The notes under the pieces were generated by a model. It was not told where the DNA came from. It did not search any database and saw only the letters and a list, made by a program, of their open reading frames with translations. From Phyllosticta citribraziliensis (Eukaryota): a stretch of 64,000 bases of DNA. This document shows, one piece after another, positions 1-13,218 of this stretch. Numbering within the stretch: position 1 is the first letter of the stretch; the number at the start of each line of letters is the position of its first letter. The translations under genes and the position numbers were made by a program. The stretch is from assembly GCF_038025025.1 (NCBI RefSeq), contig NW_027117343.1:186001-250000 (forward strand), given 5' to 3'.

Positions 1-1039
1 GGGGGGGGGGGGGGGGGGGTTGTTGAAGGCGGCGGGACCCGCGGTTGCGTTGCCTCGGAGAAAGCCCCTAACGGACTACCATGCCAATCACAACTGACGT
101 CACGTCACCTACATCGGACGGGAGTGAAGCGAGGGCCAGCATCTGAAAAAGGGGTGTCAGTATACGGGCAGCCTTTCTGGACGGTTGATGGTCAGGAACG
201 GGCAAGGTACCTGGTAGTTTGCGGTCGGATTTCGCCACATTCAGTGGTGGTTTCTCCGCACGCTGAGTTGGTGCTCAGGTCAGGGACGGTGCAGGTCAGG
301 CTTTTCGCGGTTTGCGGTCACGTCTCGCACGCTCGACGATGCCCAGGAACGGCGTCAAGTCTCAGATGTCGGTGACGGGGCTCGGTGCAGTGCTGAGTCC
401 CTCTCAGGGCCAGTCACGCTCAGGAGCGAAGGAGCGCGACTCGTCGAACGTGGTAGAAGTGACGGCGGCGGCGAGATGCGGCGAGCGGCGACGGTGCTGG
501 CGAGAGAGGATTGCTGCACTGACTGAGAGGCGCCAGGTTGCTCAAGTGGAGCGGAAGACATTCGCGGGAGGGCTTATAGTCAGGTGGGAGGTGTGCGGTG
601 TGCTATGGCAAGGTGGATGAGTCGAGAGTTCGTGTTATGACACCAAGCGGCGGCGAAGATGTTGATGGGAGGTGTGCTGCGCGCCGGCGACGACGACAAG
701 ACGTGCCGGTGACTTGCGGGGTTTGGCGAGCGCGCGGTCAGCACATCGCCCTGGGCACCAGGCTCACTACTTCAGATGTCTGGTCTGGCAGTGCGCAGTT
801 GGGCGAGTAGGTAGGCGCGGTGGTGTGTCAGTTCTTCCAAAACGGGGGTCATTCTTTGCGAGGAGGGTAAGGGGTCAGGGGGCAGGCATTCAGCGGCGCA
901 GTCTCAGTGAAAGCAAGCAACACTACCATTGCACACACCTTGCTTTTGCGAATCTGTATTGTTTCTTACAGGTAGGCTTGATTGTCGCGCAACGCGTAGG
1001 ACACGCCTCTCCTCTCGCAAACGCTAGAATCTGTCCTGC

Positions 1040-1450
1040 AATGTAGAGCGCCGGGCACTCCCGCCGTTCTGCAATATGTTTTGCGATGTGAGCCTGAAGG
1101 CTTGTAGACCCATGCGCAGACCCATGCGCAGTATGCTGTCGACCAGTTCGACAATCGTGGTAAAGGGCTGCGATGGCATGGCTCCGGACAGTTCAAGAAT
1201 ACCGCTGCGCTATACTCTTCGACATGGAAAAAGGGGGGTTTCCGTTGGATGCGGGAGTCGCCCTCGTAGACCATGTGGATGATGGCCCGCACCGCAGCAG
1301 GCTGTGCTGCGTGTAGGTCAATGCCGTTCGTGTCGACTACTTCGCCTTCTATCAGCAGCCATCAGGACAATGTTCGACGAAAAGGAAGGACTGGTTGCAA
1401 ACCGTGGCTCTATTCGCGGAGTCTAAAGCCTTGCAGAGAACGTCGTTCCG
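1040..1450 (-). pseudogene. Degenerate BTB/POZ gene relic (array locus 1)
   Basis: Minus strand reads ...NRATVCNQSFLF... then IDLHAAQPAAVRAIIHMVYEGD..PPFFHVEEYSAAVFLNCPE. This matches paralog motifs HKAIVCxQSxFF and IELHEADPAVVRAIVQFLY..LFHVxxYxAA. It has stops and frameshifts; boundaries are approximate. Confidence 0.6.
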
Positions 1451-2393
1451 AGAAGTTCTGAAAATAAACGATTGCTCCAGGAGGCCAGGTACGCTCTTCA
1501 TGAAAGGGAAAAGGCATATTGGTGGAGCTGACCGACCGACCTGAGAAAAGGCGCCTAGCCGGTTCCTCTGTTGACCAGGATGCACGCATGGCGCAGATCA
1601 ATGATCCTGGAAAGAGTTATTGCCCCCTGAACGACCAACGGCTCCGGTCAACGACCTTGCATCAACGACAGCTTAATTCACAGAATTTGCAGAGGCATGG
1701 GCCGTATGGCAAGCTTTCTGCCGCTGTTGAAAGCATGATAGGGGAGAATACGGTTTGGCCCTACAGTACTGGATGCAGAGTGAGTGGCTTGAAAGGGGTG
1801 CATGCGAGCGAGCATCTTTCGCTTCCTCCCGCGAGGCTTGCAGGGGGCTACCTAGCACCGGACTTCCGCGGAAAAGCCAAACCTCAACGTCAACGGGCAT
1901 GGCACAGTGGAGGCCGGACTCACGGACGCTAGGCACGGTCGAAGCAGCAAAAACAGCCACAGTGGGAGACAGAGGACGCGAGCGCAGTGATGAGGGCGTT
2001 GCTGATGGCGTGCACCGCGCTCGTGCGTGGTGGACTGACTGATGACGGACGAACTGCACACGACGCACCCGGTGGAGGAACTGCATCATAGCCGTTGGGG
2101 TGCGGGCGGATGTTGAGTGCGTGGAGATAGCGATGAGTCAATTCCGCGCGGGGAATAAGAAAACGCTCTGCTTGGAAGCTTGATCCCTGGGGAATTCCCT
2201 TGCCATTTCGAGGCGCCACCCGAATGTATTGTACGGGCTTTGCTGAACTCATAATCCAGACGTTCGACCTGGGCTCCTGTGCCTTACTTTGCTGTCCACC
2301 GTTCAATTCCAGAATGACTAATCTTTTTCCTCCTGTCAAACGGGCGAGAGGAGCTCCTGCCTGTTGCCATGCATCGTCGGAGCAAGCTAATAT

Positions 2394-3313
2394 TCATCTC
2401 TGCCTATGAATTTTGTCCCAATGTTCCCTATAGCTACTCCTATTGCAGATATCGCAGGTGAAGCTTGTGTCTTTCTGGTATGTCGTCACGTCCATGATTT
2501 TGAGGCTTTGGCAGTAGAAAATGGGGCACCAAAGTGTCACCACAGACGCAGATCCAGCGGCTGCGGGCGCTTTATGTTGCGCGTGCATGGCATGGACCAC
2601 GTCTTTGGCGAACGCGGGAACATCGCCCAGAGTATCGTTGAAAGCCGGGTCATCGACGATGTCATCCATCTTGCGCACCGCCGCGTCCACAATAACGTCG
2701 CGCAGACCGCGGTCCTGTTCAACAGTGCCTTCATAGATGCTCTTCACGGCGACGCGTAGCATGGGCAAGTGAAACATGCCGTCTGCGCCTTCTTTGAAAC
2801 GCGACACAGCGGCGTCCTTCAGGTTCGTTAGCTGGTACATCTCGGCCGCGGCGAATACGTTGATGCTGGCCATGAGCTCTTCATTTGGGTCTGGGCTTTT
2901 GGGGCAGACGCCGTGGTACATGTATTCGAGGATGGAGCGGACGACGGAAGGGCTGATATCTTGCAGTTCAATCGTGTTGGTGCGTGCTTCCTGTGTCGGT
3001 CCGCCGCTGGTCAGTGACTTGAATGAGTGCGGCGGCGCATGGGTGAGGCCGCGTAAGGAGGGAGCACGTGCCTTGAAGCCGTTGATGTCGTCAAAGGCGC
3101 GGGAGAAGTACTCGCTCTGTGTGCACACGACTGCTTTGTGTATGTGGAAGGTCTGATCACCGCAAACGATCTTCGCATCTGAGTAGCGGCCGGACTCGAG
3201 CAATCTGGGCGGGCAAGGTCAGTCAAACCGCCTTGTGGAGGGGCTGCTCCACATTCTGCTTACCCGCTGATAGACTGACGAACATGGCGATCTCCAGGAG
3301 TTGAAGACTCCAT
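2394..3313 (-). CDS. BTB/POZ protein with C-terminal zinc ribbon (locus 2), 3 exons
   Basis: Exon 1 3313-3264 (MESSTPGDRHVRQSISG), GT-AG intron 3263-3205, exon 2 LLESGRYSDAKIVCGDQTFHIHKAVVCTQSEYFSRAF..GFK, GC-AG intron 3071-2991, exon 3 to stop. C-terminus CPIFYC..CDIC..W. Confidence 0.9.
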
Positions 3314-4270
3314 GATGTTGATTTGGGATGGTGAGTGGATGGGGCAAGGGTGGGAGGTGACTGATGGACAGTGATGGGCAGTTGAAGAGGTGACGCGAGC
3401 CTGCGCTCTCTGCAGGTGCTTTTCCTTTGGCACGGTTGCGTGCTGCAACGACCAAAGAAAAGAGAGTGCCAATTTGGCGTTGGGCGCAGCGGGCGGTGCT
3501 TGTGCCGTGGGCGTTGGCTCCCCTGTCTCGTGCTGGCAGCGCCTGAGCTCGCTTGGTTTCTCTCGCGACCGAGACTACGCAACCTGAAGCGGAGTTGACT
3601 GCAAACAGAGAAAGGCAAACAACAAACACGATCTTTTTGGTAAATCTGCTCTGCACGAGAGGAAGCTCCCAGAACAGTGACAACGACCTTTTCGCTTTGT
3701 GCGCTCCTTTCTTACTGAAAAGAAGCCTTCAGAAAGTCATCCAGCCGATCCTCGGAACAGCCAAAAAACAGCAACAACAGCCCGCCCTATGCTCTGCAGC
3801 CTTTGTGTTTGGCGCTCCTCCATCCTTCTCCAAACTGTTGAATAAGGATGTGTTTGGCTGATGAGCTTTGGCGAGCGCGCCGCCCAAAACATCGACCCTG
3901 AAATCTGCTCCTCCATCATCGTTCAAAGCCCTAGCTGCTGTGAGCCTCAACGGAAAGGAAAAAACGTGGAGAACGCATACAGGGTATTGTAACGATCGAT
4001 CGGCTACCCCCTTAGTAACGGGAGTGTATTAATGCTCTTCCAGACAACAGTCGACTAAAGACAGCAAATCCGAGCCCGTAAAGGTTTTCTAATAGCAGGG
4101 GGGATGTCAGAACAAGCAACCTGCGCAACCATGCGCCTAGCCCGCAGAGTAGAATACCTTGAACCTGGGATTCTTAGCCCAGCAACTGATGGAGTCCCTC
4201 CACAGGTGAGTCGTGCGCAGCTAGTCCATAGTCCAGGCACGTCCGCGGTGCGCGCCATTAGCAACGGAAC

Positions 4271-4537
4271 TGTTGGTGGTCCTATATAACAACACCAAGC
4301 AGTCTCCTGTCACGTCATCTCAGCTACAGTTTACCTAGATAACTATAGCTTATCTAGATAATAACTTACTACTTTAGTTAAGATATACTTATCTATTAGC
4401 TTTACACATCTTAATAAGTTTAGGACTTATTAGTAGTTAGTACTAGCTACTACTCCCCCTAGCAGTTTTAGTAGTATATAGATAGCTCTTAAAGTAGCCT
4501 TAAATAGAGTCTTTAGTTCTCTTATCTTACTTTATCA
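4271..4537 (+). repeat. 5' LTR of copia copy A
   Basis: Begins TGTTGG and ends ATCA. Direct repeat of 9193-9459, 31396-31662 and 36318-36584. The first ~55 bp are not RIP-mutated. Confidence 0.95.
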
Positions 4538-7500
4538 GGTTATAAGCCCTTATATTATATATATAAATTACTTATCTAGCTTATTTTAGTATTATACTAT
4601 AATACTATCTATATAATTATTACTAATAGTTATTTTATTATTTTATTATTTTATCTTTTATTATCTTATATAATTCCTACTCTTTAGTAAATTTATTAGT
4701 ATTATCTATTTCTATAACTCTAAATAATATACTAATAGTTATTATTTTTATTATAACTTTACCTTCCCTTCCTCCCTTATTATCTAGTAGTTTAGGCTTT
4801 ACTACTACCTCATCTTCTATACTAGCTAAGTAGGCTAAGGCTAAAGAAGAGGTAGATCTAACTATAAATAATAGTAAGTTTAATATCCCTTTAAAGAATA
4901 TCTAGCTACTTAAAGGCCCTACTAACTAGGTAACCTTTAAGATAATAGTTAAGATAAGGCTTAGTCTATTCTATTATACCTATCTACTTAAGAATAAGCT
5001 AAAAAATACTACTAATTATAAGAAGGATATATATATTATCTACTAGTTTATAATAATTATTATACTTCCTATTATAATAGTACTATAGGGGTATACTAGT
5101 TTAGCTTACTCTATATAGTAGAAGCTTTATAATATATATAATACTAAGGGTATCTTCTCTAAGGCTAATATTATTAAGGACTTTATCTTCTATTAATATA
5201 GTAATTTTATAATAGTAAAGGAATTCTATAATACCCTATATAAATAAAGGTAAGCCTATATTAGCTATATCTAATAGTAAGTTAAGGACTAGATTCTCTA
5301 TATTCTACTTTTAGAAAACTTATAGGATAATATTCCTATCTAGTATATAACTTAGTATATAAATTAGTATAATAAGAAGGAGATACCTAAGTTTAAGGAT
5401 CTCTTCTATACTATAACTAATAAGATTAAATATACTAGTAAGAATAGTACTATAGCTCTTATTATTTATACTAGTTAGTAGTCTACTAAGTAGTCTAAGT
5501 CTAACTATACTACCTATAATTACTATAGAAAGAAGGGGTATATTAAGGCTAAGTATAGCTATTTTTACCTTAAATACTATCCTACCTATTAGAAGCTAGT
5601 ATTAGGGGTATTCTATATACTAGATAATTAAGTCTCTAAACTACTAATAGTAGTAATAGTAATAATAATATTAATAACTAACCCTCTAGTATAAGGTATA
5701 AACTACTTTACTACCCTATACCTATATCTAGCTTTAATAAAGGATAAATAGATTATTAATACTAGGGCTAATACCTACTATATACTAAATTTAACTAAGC
5801 TAATAAACTACTTATAGTTTATATAGCTAGTCTAGATATATAGTTTAGGTATAGTAATAGCTATTAGCTATAGTAATACTATACTCTACTATCCTATAAA
5901 TAGTATAGTTAATACTCTTATAATAGAGGGTATTCTATATATTCTAGTACTAATAGTTAGTCTTATCTTAGCTTTAAAACTTAAGTAGAAGGGACTATAC
6001 CTAGATTAGCTTATCTCTATATTATAAATATAAAACTATAGAATAGCTATTATAGCTTACTCTAATAGTTTAGGGGTAAATATTCTAATAGTTATTAATA
6101 ATAATTATATAGTATAAGTATTTACTATAGCAACTCCTCCTATAGTAATATATAAGATATAGTACTAGTAATTAGGGTATATCTATACTAGCGCGCTTAA
6201 TAAGCTCTAGTACTAGGGATAACTTATTATTACTAGTAACTAAGACTTCTATTATAAATCCTACTATATAGCTAAGTCCTACTAGATAGTATTATATAAA
6301 CTAATACCTTAAGTAGATATACCCTTTAGACGCGTCTATATTAATATATTTAGACTACTTATAGTTAGCTATAATAGCTACTATTAGGAGGTGGTATTTA
6401 TAGATAACTACTTATATCTATAATACTTATTAGTTATAAAGACTAAGGGCAACGCCTTTAATAGTATTTAAAACTTTAGTAAATAGACTAAAACCTAGTT
6501 CTAATATAAGATCTAAGCCCTCTAAATAGATAATAGCATAGAGTTTAGCGGCTAAAAGCTACTAGTATAGGTAAAGATAGAGGGTATTAAGGTTAAAAAG
6601 ATAGTACTATACTTATCTAAGTAAAATAGTATTAGTAAGTTATCTATATACCTTATTACTAATATAGCCTACTCTATAAGTATTATATTAAATATACCTT
6701 AATTATTATAGATAGAAGCCTATTAATATATAGTATATCTTCTTAACTATCTTCCTACTTATATACTTAATAGTAAGATACTAGTTAATATTTTTAATAA
6801 TACTATTAGTAGGTATAAGGATATCTAGTTACTAGTACTAGTCTTTAGTATTACTATATATACTTATATTCTAGCTAAGAAGCGTCTTAAGAGCGCTAAA
6901 TTTAATATAAGAGTAAAGAAAGGATAGTTTATTAGCTATAACTATAAGTATATCTTCTAGGTATATCTCCCTTAAATAAACTAGGTTATCTATACTTAGG
7001 ATATATATTTTAGACCTCCTTAGTAGCTAGACTTAATAGCTACTATAAATAATATAGAAGATAGAAAAGTTAAGAATAGTAATAATAAGATACTTATTAT
7101 ATATTTTATATTAAAAATAGTTTAAGATACTCTTAAAGGCAATACTAAAGTAATCTATAATATAGTAGAATAAGTAATTAAAGTAGTAGAGAGGTCTAAT
7201 ATAGGTAGTATAAATATTAGTAGTAGAGGTAAGGAGGATGTATTTATAGATATTATACTATTAATAGATAAAATAGATTAGATTAATATCTCTCTAGCTA
7301 ATAAATATACTAGATTTAATAATTTAGTACTTACTAATCTAACTTTAACTCTACTACTACCCTTACTATCTCTATTACCTATACCTACTCTATTACTAAT
7401 AGCACTATTATAATACCCTTAGTAGATTTATACTAAGATATAATTCTTTAATAAGAAATATAGTTTAGATAATACTTAACCTCCTTAATTATCTACTTAC

Positions 7501-9192
7501 TATATATATACCTTTACTACTATAGAAAATACTACTTATTACTAATAAGATACTATCTCTACTAATAAGGTTCTACCTTACTTATAGTATAAGGCCCTTA
7601 TAGGGCTAAAATCTATCTATTAGAGACCCTCTATAGATAAGTAGATATAGGAGTTAACTAATACTAGTACCTTTAAAGAGACTAACTATCTATTAGATAG
7701 CTCTTAGGTACTACTACTATAATAGGTCTAGGTCTATAAGCTTAATAAGCTAGGTAAGAAGGTTATCTATAAGAGCTATATTATAGTTTTAGGTAATCTT
7801 TAATATAAGGGATTTAATATATCTAAAGTATTATTATTAGTTATTATATTTCCTACTTTTATACTATTTTTAGTAATTAATATCTATTATTACCTATTTT
7901 ATAAGTAAGGGGATATTAAGATAGCCTTCCTTAATATACTACTAAAAGACCTAGTCTATACCTATATACCTCCTAGATACTAGGTCCTATAATAAGTTTA
8001 GCATCTCTAAAGAGCCTTATATAGCTTATACTAGTTACTACTTACTTAGTTTTAGTACCTCTATAATTTCTTATACTACCTAGGTTTCTACTCTCTCCCT
8101 TTAGAACCCTATATTATAAGATACTAGGATAAGCTTATATTTATCCTTATCTATATTAATAATCTCTATATTACTACTAAAACTAAGTCTAAAGTTAATA
8201 AAATTATCTTACTACTTAATACTAAGTTCTACTTTAAAGATATAGGCTAATTATATTACTTCCTTAGTCTTTATATTAATTAATATATAAATAGTATAAT
8301 TATACTATTCTAAGGTAGATATATTTAAAACGTTCTTATATAGTTTAGTATAAGTAATACTATATATATTCTTATACTAATAGATTCCTATAAATTACAC
8401 GCATATAATAGTAAGAACGACCTAGACTATTAATAGCTTTATAGTAAGATTATTAGCTTACTTATATAGTATATAATAAGATACTACCTAGCTATTCTTT
8501 TCCCTACTACTTATCTCTTATAATATACCTATAACCTATTAAATAAATACCTTACTACTACTTACTAAGTCCTTTAATACTTATAGGGTATATATAATTA
8601 TAGAATTATTCTATATCCTAGTAATAATAGCACTCTTAGCTTATAAATCTATATAGATACTACTTTTACTAATAATCTAGATACTTATTAGTCCTTATTA
8701 GGCTATATTATTATAGCTTTAGGTGGTTTACTATATATAAAGAGTAGGAGATAGAAGCTTATTAGTATATCTATAATAGAAGCTAAGTTTATTAACCTTA
8801 CTCTTACTATTAAATAAGCTATCTAGATAACTTAAGTTCTTATTAAAATAGGTTATAAGGGCCCTAATACTTAACTAATCTAGCTCTATAATAATAATAA
8901 GAACGCTATCTAATTTACTAATAGTATAGAGTTTAATACTACTATAAAATATATTAATCTATACTACTAGTATATTAAGTAGGTAGTTATAGATAGAACT
9001 ATAACTATCTCTTATATCTCTACTAATAAGATAATTATAGATAGGCTTACTAAAGTATTAGTAATAGTTAAGTACTACTACTTTTATAACCTTATTAGGT
9101 ATAGACTAATATAGTAAGTTTTCTATTTAGTTAATATAACTACTTATATATCTACTTTACTATAACTATCTCTTTTCTTATCCTAGGGGGTG

Positions 9193-9459
9193 TATTAGTA
9201 GTCCTATATAATAATACTAAGTAGTCTCCTATTATATCATCTTAGCTATAGTTTACCTAGATAACTATAGCTTATCTAGATAATAACTTACTACTTTAGT
9301 TAAGATATACTTATCTATTAGCTTTATATATCTTAATAAGTTTAGGACTTATTAGTAGTTAGCACTAGCTACTACTCCTCCTAGTAGTTTTAGTAGTATA
9401 TAGATAGCTCTTAGAGTAGCCTTAAATAGAGTCTTTAGTTCTCTTATCTTACTTTATTA
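9193..9459 (+). repeat. 3' LTR of copia copy A
   Basis: RIP-mutated copy (TATTAG...ATTA) of the 5' LTR, preceded by the TAGGGGGTG PPT. Confidence 0.95.
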
Positions 9460-12271
9460 GGAACTCCATCATCGCGTGCGCGTCCTCTACTTATATAATA
9501 TAACTAATGCTGCTCTAACTAATACTGCTCTATCTAGACCTGCCTGGCATTTATTAGTAACTCGTTTACATCGTTCCGCACTTTAGTAAAGGAGTTTACT
9601 GCTACCATTCTCCAACTCCTTCTTATATTCGTCGACTAAAAGAAGGCCGGCCAAGAAAGAGCGGCGGAGCAAGCCATTGTCTTTCTACGCAATTACGGTG
9701 GTGGTGGGACTATACTTCTCGGGCAACGGCTTCTAGGACGATAGTACCAGGAATATCCTTGCGAGCTTGAGGCCAATTCAAACCTCCCTTCGTCGCCGTC
9801 CGTGTTAGAAATCCTCACATCAGGCCTATGGCGTGTCTAGGTCATGATATCTCTTGCATGGGCTTACAGTTATCTCTTGCTTGCACGGAGAAAAATGATG
9901 TCATTGCATCTTTTCGAAAAGTGCCTCACCTCGCCGCCGCGCGTGTGACTCGCCTCCATTTCTCGCCAGTTCTCCACCGCAGTCCTTGCTCCAGCCCTGC
10001 TCCCAGTCCACCGTCCACAGACGGTAGCCCGGGGAAAAGTCAAGTCCAAACATTTTACGCCACACCCGACCAGGGCATTCTAGCATCGAGTCTCTATCCA
10101 ACCGAAAGCGCATAACTAGCAGCTCTCTAATCAAATCACTGCTGCGTCTCACTTCCGGCAACGCCCTGAGCTCCTCCAAAAATGCCGCATCTCACAGCTA
10201 ATGCGACGGACTATCCTATGGACTTACATTGAAAACAGCGTGCAGCTCCCCCGTACACTGGAACTCCTCCTACATGAGCTCCGCATCCGCACCGAGTCGG
10301 CCGCTCGCTGGAGCTGTCATTTGTAAACCACAATGGTAATCGGCTACTCGTATTATATTCTAATGCATTGCGTAGCAGTCCGTTGCGAATTATAGACTCC
10401 CCTATCCCAGGATTATGCCTCCAAACGCTGAGCTTTTTCAGACATCTCCACACGCCGGTTTCGAATCCTGGACGTCGGCGGATTCTCCCCCACAGTTCTG
10501 AATCGGGACTCTGCGCGATACTTCTACCGCTATCCACTTAGTATAGCAAACACCGACAGACTCGCGCTAATGCAAGCCGTGTAGCACTATATCGCTATCC
10601 CACTAACGCCGCCTATGAGCTGTCCACACTGCATCCATGCCTCGGGCTTTGCTAAGGCAATCGGCTCCTGAACCGACTATATTTTTAGAGAAGTAACGTC
10701 TCTTTTTAGGTTTCCTCCGTTCTAACGCACCGCCGATGATCCGATCTGCTTCTTGAAGGGGCGGGGTATCTCAGGTTATACCATATGGCGAATCAATCAC
10801 CTATGGCCGCTAACTATTTAAATCAGGTCTCCCATCAGGTCGTTCTACAGCTCGGCCTCTCTTCTTTACTTCCACCCCACCATTCTTTGATATCCGCTTC
10901 TTGTCTTTGTTTAGCTCCTGTTGCGGACCCTCGATGGCCTTACGGGAGACAATGGTATCCGTACAGGGGAGAGTCCCCTCGGTGAATCCACGGTTGTGCA
11001 CCGAGTATTTCAAGTTAAACTTCCATGAATATTGCGACTATTGCAATAAGGAAGACTTGGGTTGAGGGGTCCGGCCTGAAAGCTTGACATGCGTTAGTAT
11101 CCCACTTCGGCGTTGGTTTTAGGAGTCGACTAATTTTCTCAAGGTTTCTCGTGTCGTGTGGACCGAAAAAGAATGATGTCAGCAGTCAGGCCACGCCGGT
11201 TGTCCCACTGCATCCGCTTCTCTCGGAAGGATGCAACCCAACACTTGGTATTCAGGTTCGTGGATGGACGGCGCCTTCACCTGGATCATCAGAACGCATG
11301 TGGACGACCAATACTGTGGTACTCAAATATCTCCAAAGAAACGACGGTCGAAACAGACCACTGCATCATCAGCAGACTTTGGAAGGTCCAGCGCCCACCC
11401 AGTGTTCACACTGCAAGCCGACCAAGCGCGTTCACTTCTGAGAAGAAAACCAAGAATCCCGCTGCGATTCTTGCATGGAATATTGCAAAAGGAACAATGG
11501 TCGGGACAGACCGCTGCACTACGAGCAGAAGTTGCAGCATCAGGCTTCAATCCAGTAGCCGCAGTGCGCACGCTGCGACTCGATCAGGCGCGCCAAGCAG
11601 AGGAGCTGTCGAAACTCCGGGCCCGGCACGTAAATACTTGTGCTTCTTGGCCTTGCCCGTCTTCATGGTCGCTGCGATTTCCCGCTCTGTCTTCCACCAA
11701 TCCACTTGGACGAGTAACGTACCAGCGTTGCCACCTGGTTGTCGAGCTTATCGGTGAGCCTCACCTCGGCGGCGTTCTTGGTTCGCCGTAGAAACTCCCA
11801 CGAAGCGAAGTATCGCGTCCATGTTCGACTTGGAACCGCTCTGGCCAAGACTGCGTATCTTCAGCATTGCGTTCTGCGAACCCTGAGCCACGTCCTTCCC
11901 ACGGGGTATCCACACTGTGCCCGGCATGCGAATATGCACGGTTCCAATCCCAAATTGCTCAAAGATTGCTGGGCTCGAACGTTCCTCCGGCCGCCCTACG
12001 CCCTGTCTCGTCCATTTGGGTATAGCGCGAATGACAAACGGCAGTTCGTGGCAAAGCCTTGCCTAGGGGACAAGCACCGGTGGTTGAATGTTCGATCTCC
12101 AGTTCGGGATTGATCTGGACCCACCAGGTCGACTCGCCACTCCCGGCGTCTTCAGCTGCCGATGCTGCCGTTGTCTCCTCTTCATTCCGTACGGTTGCTC
12201 GTCGGTGGTGAAGACTCGCTGCTGCTTCAGGGGTCTGTCTCGACCGTTATGCTACCGCCGGTAGCCGTCGT

Positions 12272-12728
12272 ATGGGTCGGCATGTCATAGACGCGAGAGG
12301 GAAAGGTGAAGACCGGGTGGAGAGATTTAGGCAGGCAGTCGAGGCCTGGGAGCAGATCTGCGTCGACTGCCTAAGGGCGAGAGCATTCATGCTGGATGTT
12401 ATCCCTGAGGCCAAGCCACCTACATCAACCATTTCAATCGGGTGTAATGAAATTCGAGCAGTACTCGGCCTGCTTCACCAACGGTTTACCACAGAGATTC
12501 TGTCGTAAGTTCAAGCGGCGTGACAGGTCCGGGTATGGGCCGGTCTACGGTGCGGGTAGAGGGTGGGTTAATGCCAAGTGCAACTTCCTCCACGCCTTCA
12601 AGATGGTCGTGTCGGCCGTCATTGATGACAACGAGATGAGGAAATGGTTGCAACAGGTCATGACTTGCAACTTCTGCTATCAATACCGCAAAGATCATCA
12701 TGTACTACACAGCATCACATGTAATTAG
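12272..12728 (+). pseudogene. Frameshifted fragment resembling the Cys-rich C-terminus of fungal RecQ/telomere-linked-helicase-like proteins
   Basis: Two overlapping frames: ERFRQAVEAWEQICVDC... and KFEQYSACFTNGLPQRFCRKF...KCNF..VVSAV. The resemblance to the YSxCFxCGxPQxxC motif is from memory only, and no helicase core is visible. Confidence 0.3.
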
Positions 12729-13218
12729 TTCACTTCGGCCCCCCAAAAAATGAAAAACTTATTCAAAAGCTTCACATGTGCATACCGAGGTGAGAGTTTC
12801 ATATGAGTATTCCACAGTGGAAAAGCAGCTGTCGTACGTAGATCAGCAGAGTTGAGGCACAGAGCCAGTTCTGTACGTCGCAGCGAGCGGAGGAACAGAC
12901 CGGGGGGTGTCTCGCTAGGGATCATCGTCGTGCAAGACCCAAGTTATACACACGATTCTGACCTCCCGCAGATCATATCCATCCACGCAATATTGAACGC
13001 GGCGCTTTGAACGAGGATTTTCTTGCCCACTTGATCATCGAATAAAGGCAAACAATCAAAAAGCTAGACAGACAGGCAGAATGACGTGTCATGGGCTACA
13101 TCACATTTGGGATATCTCGGAAAGTGGACGCGGACTCTCGCTTGCCGGCTCGTCTCTGCTCATAACGAAAAGAAAGAAAACATCATCACAGATATACCAC
13201 CCAGCCATACCCAGCTTA

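Larger units (their letters stand above)
4271..9459 (+). mobile_element. Full-length Ty1/copia LTR retrotransposon, RIP-inactivated (copy A, 5189 bp)
   Basis: 267-bp LTRs at 4271-4537 and 9193-9459. TSD GGAAC at 4266-4270 and 9460-9464. PBS-like GGTTATAAGCCC follows the 5' LTR and a G-rich PPT precedes the 3' LTR. De-RIPed motifs occur in PR-INT-RT-RH order (WIVDTGA, DNGxEF, LYGL, YVDDL, EAEF, KHID, IADGLTK). Extreme TpA enrichment; no ORFs remain. Confidence 0.95.

Noticed and set aside
1..19. Poly-G run at the window start
   Set aside because: Simple homopolymer truncated by the window edge; no function can be inferred.
4300..9460. AT-rich block as centromeric, organellar or horizontally acquired DNA
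   Set aside because: LTRs, TSD, copia motif order and TpA bias explain it as a RIPed retrotransposon; the same applies to 31396-36584.
10450..10475. GGTTTCGAATCC resembling a tRNA T-loop
   Set aside because: No cloverleaf, acceptor stem or A-box could be built.
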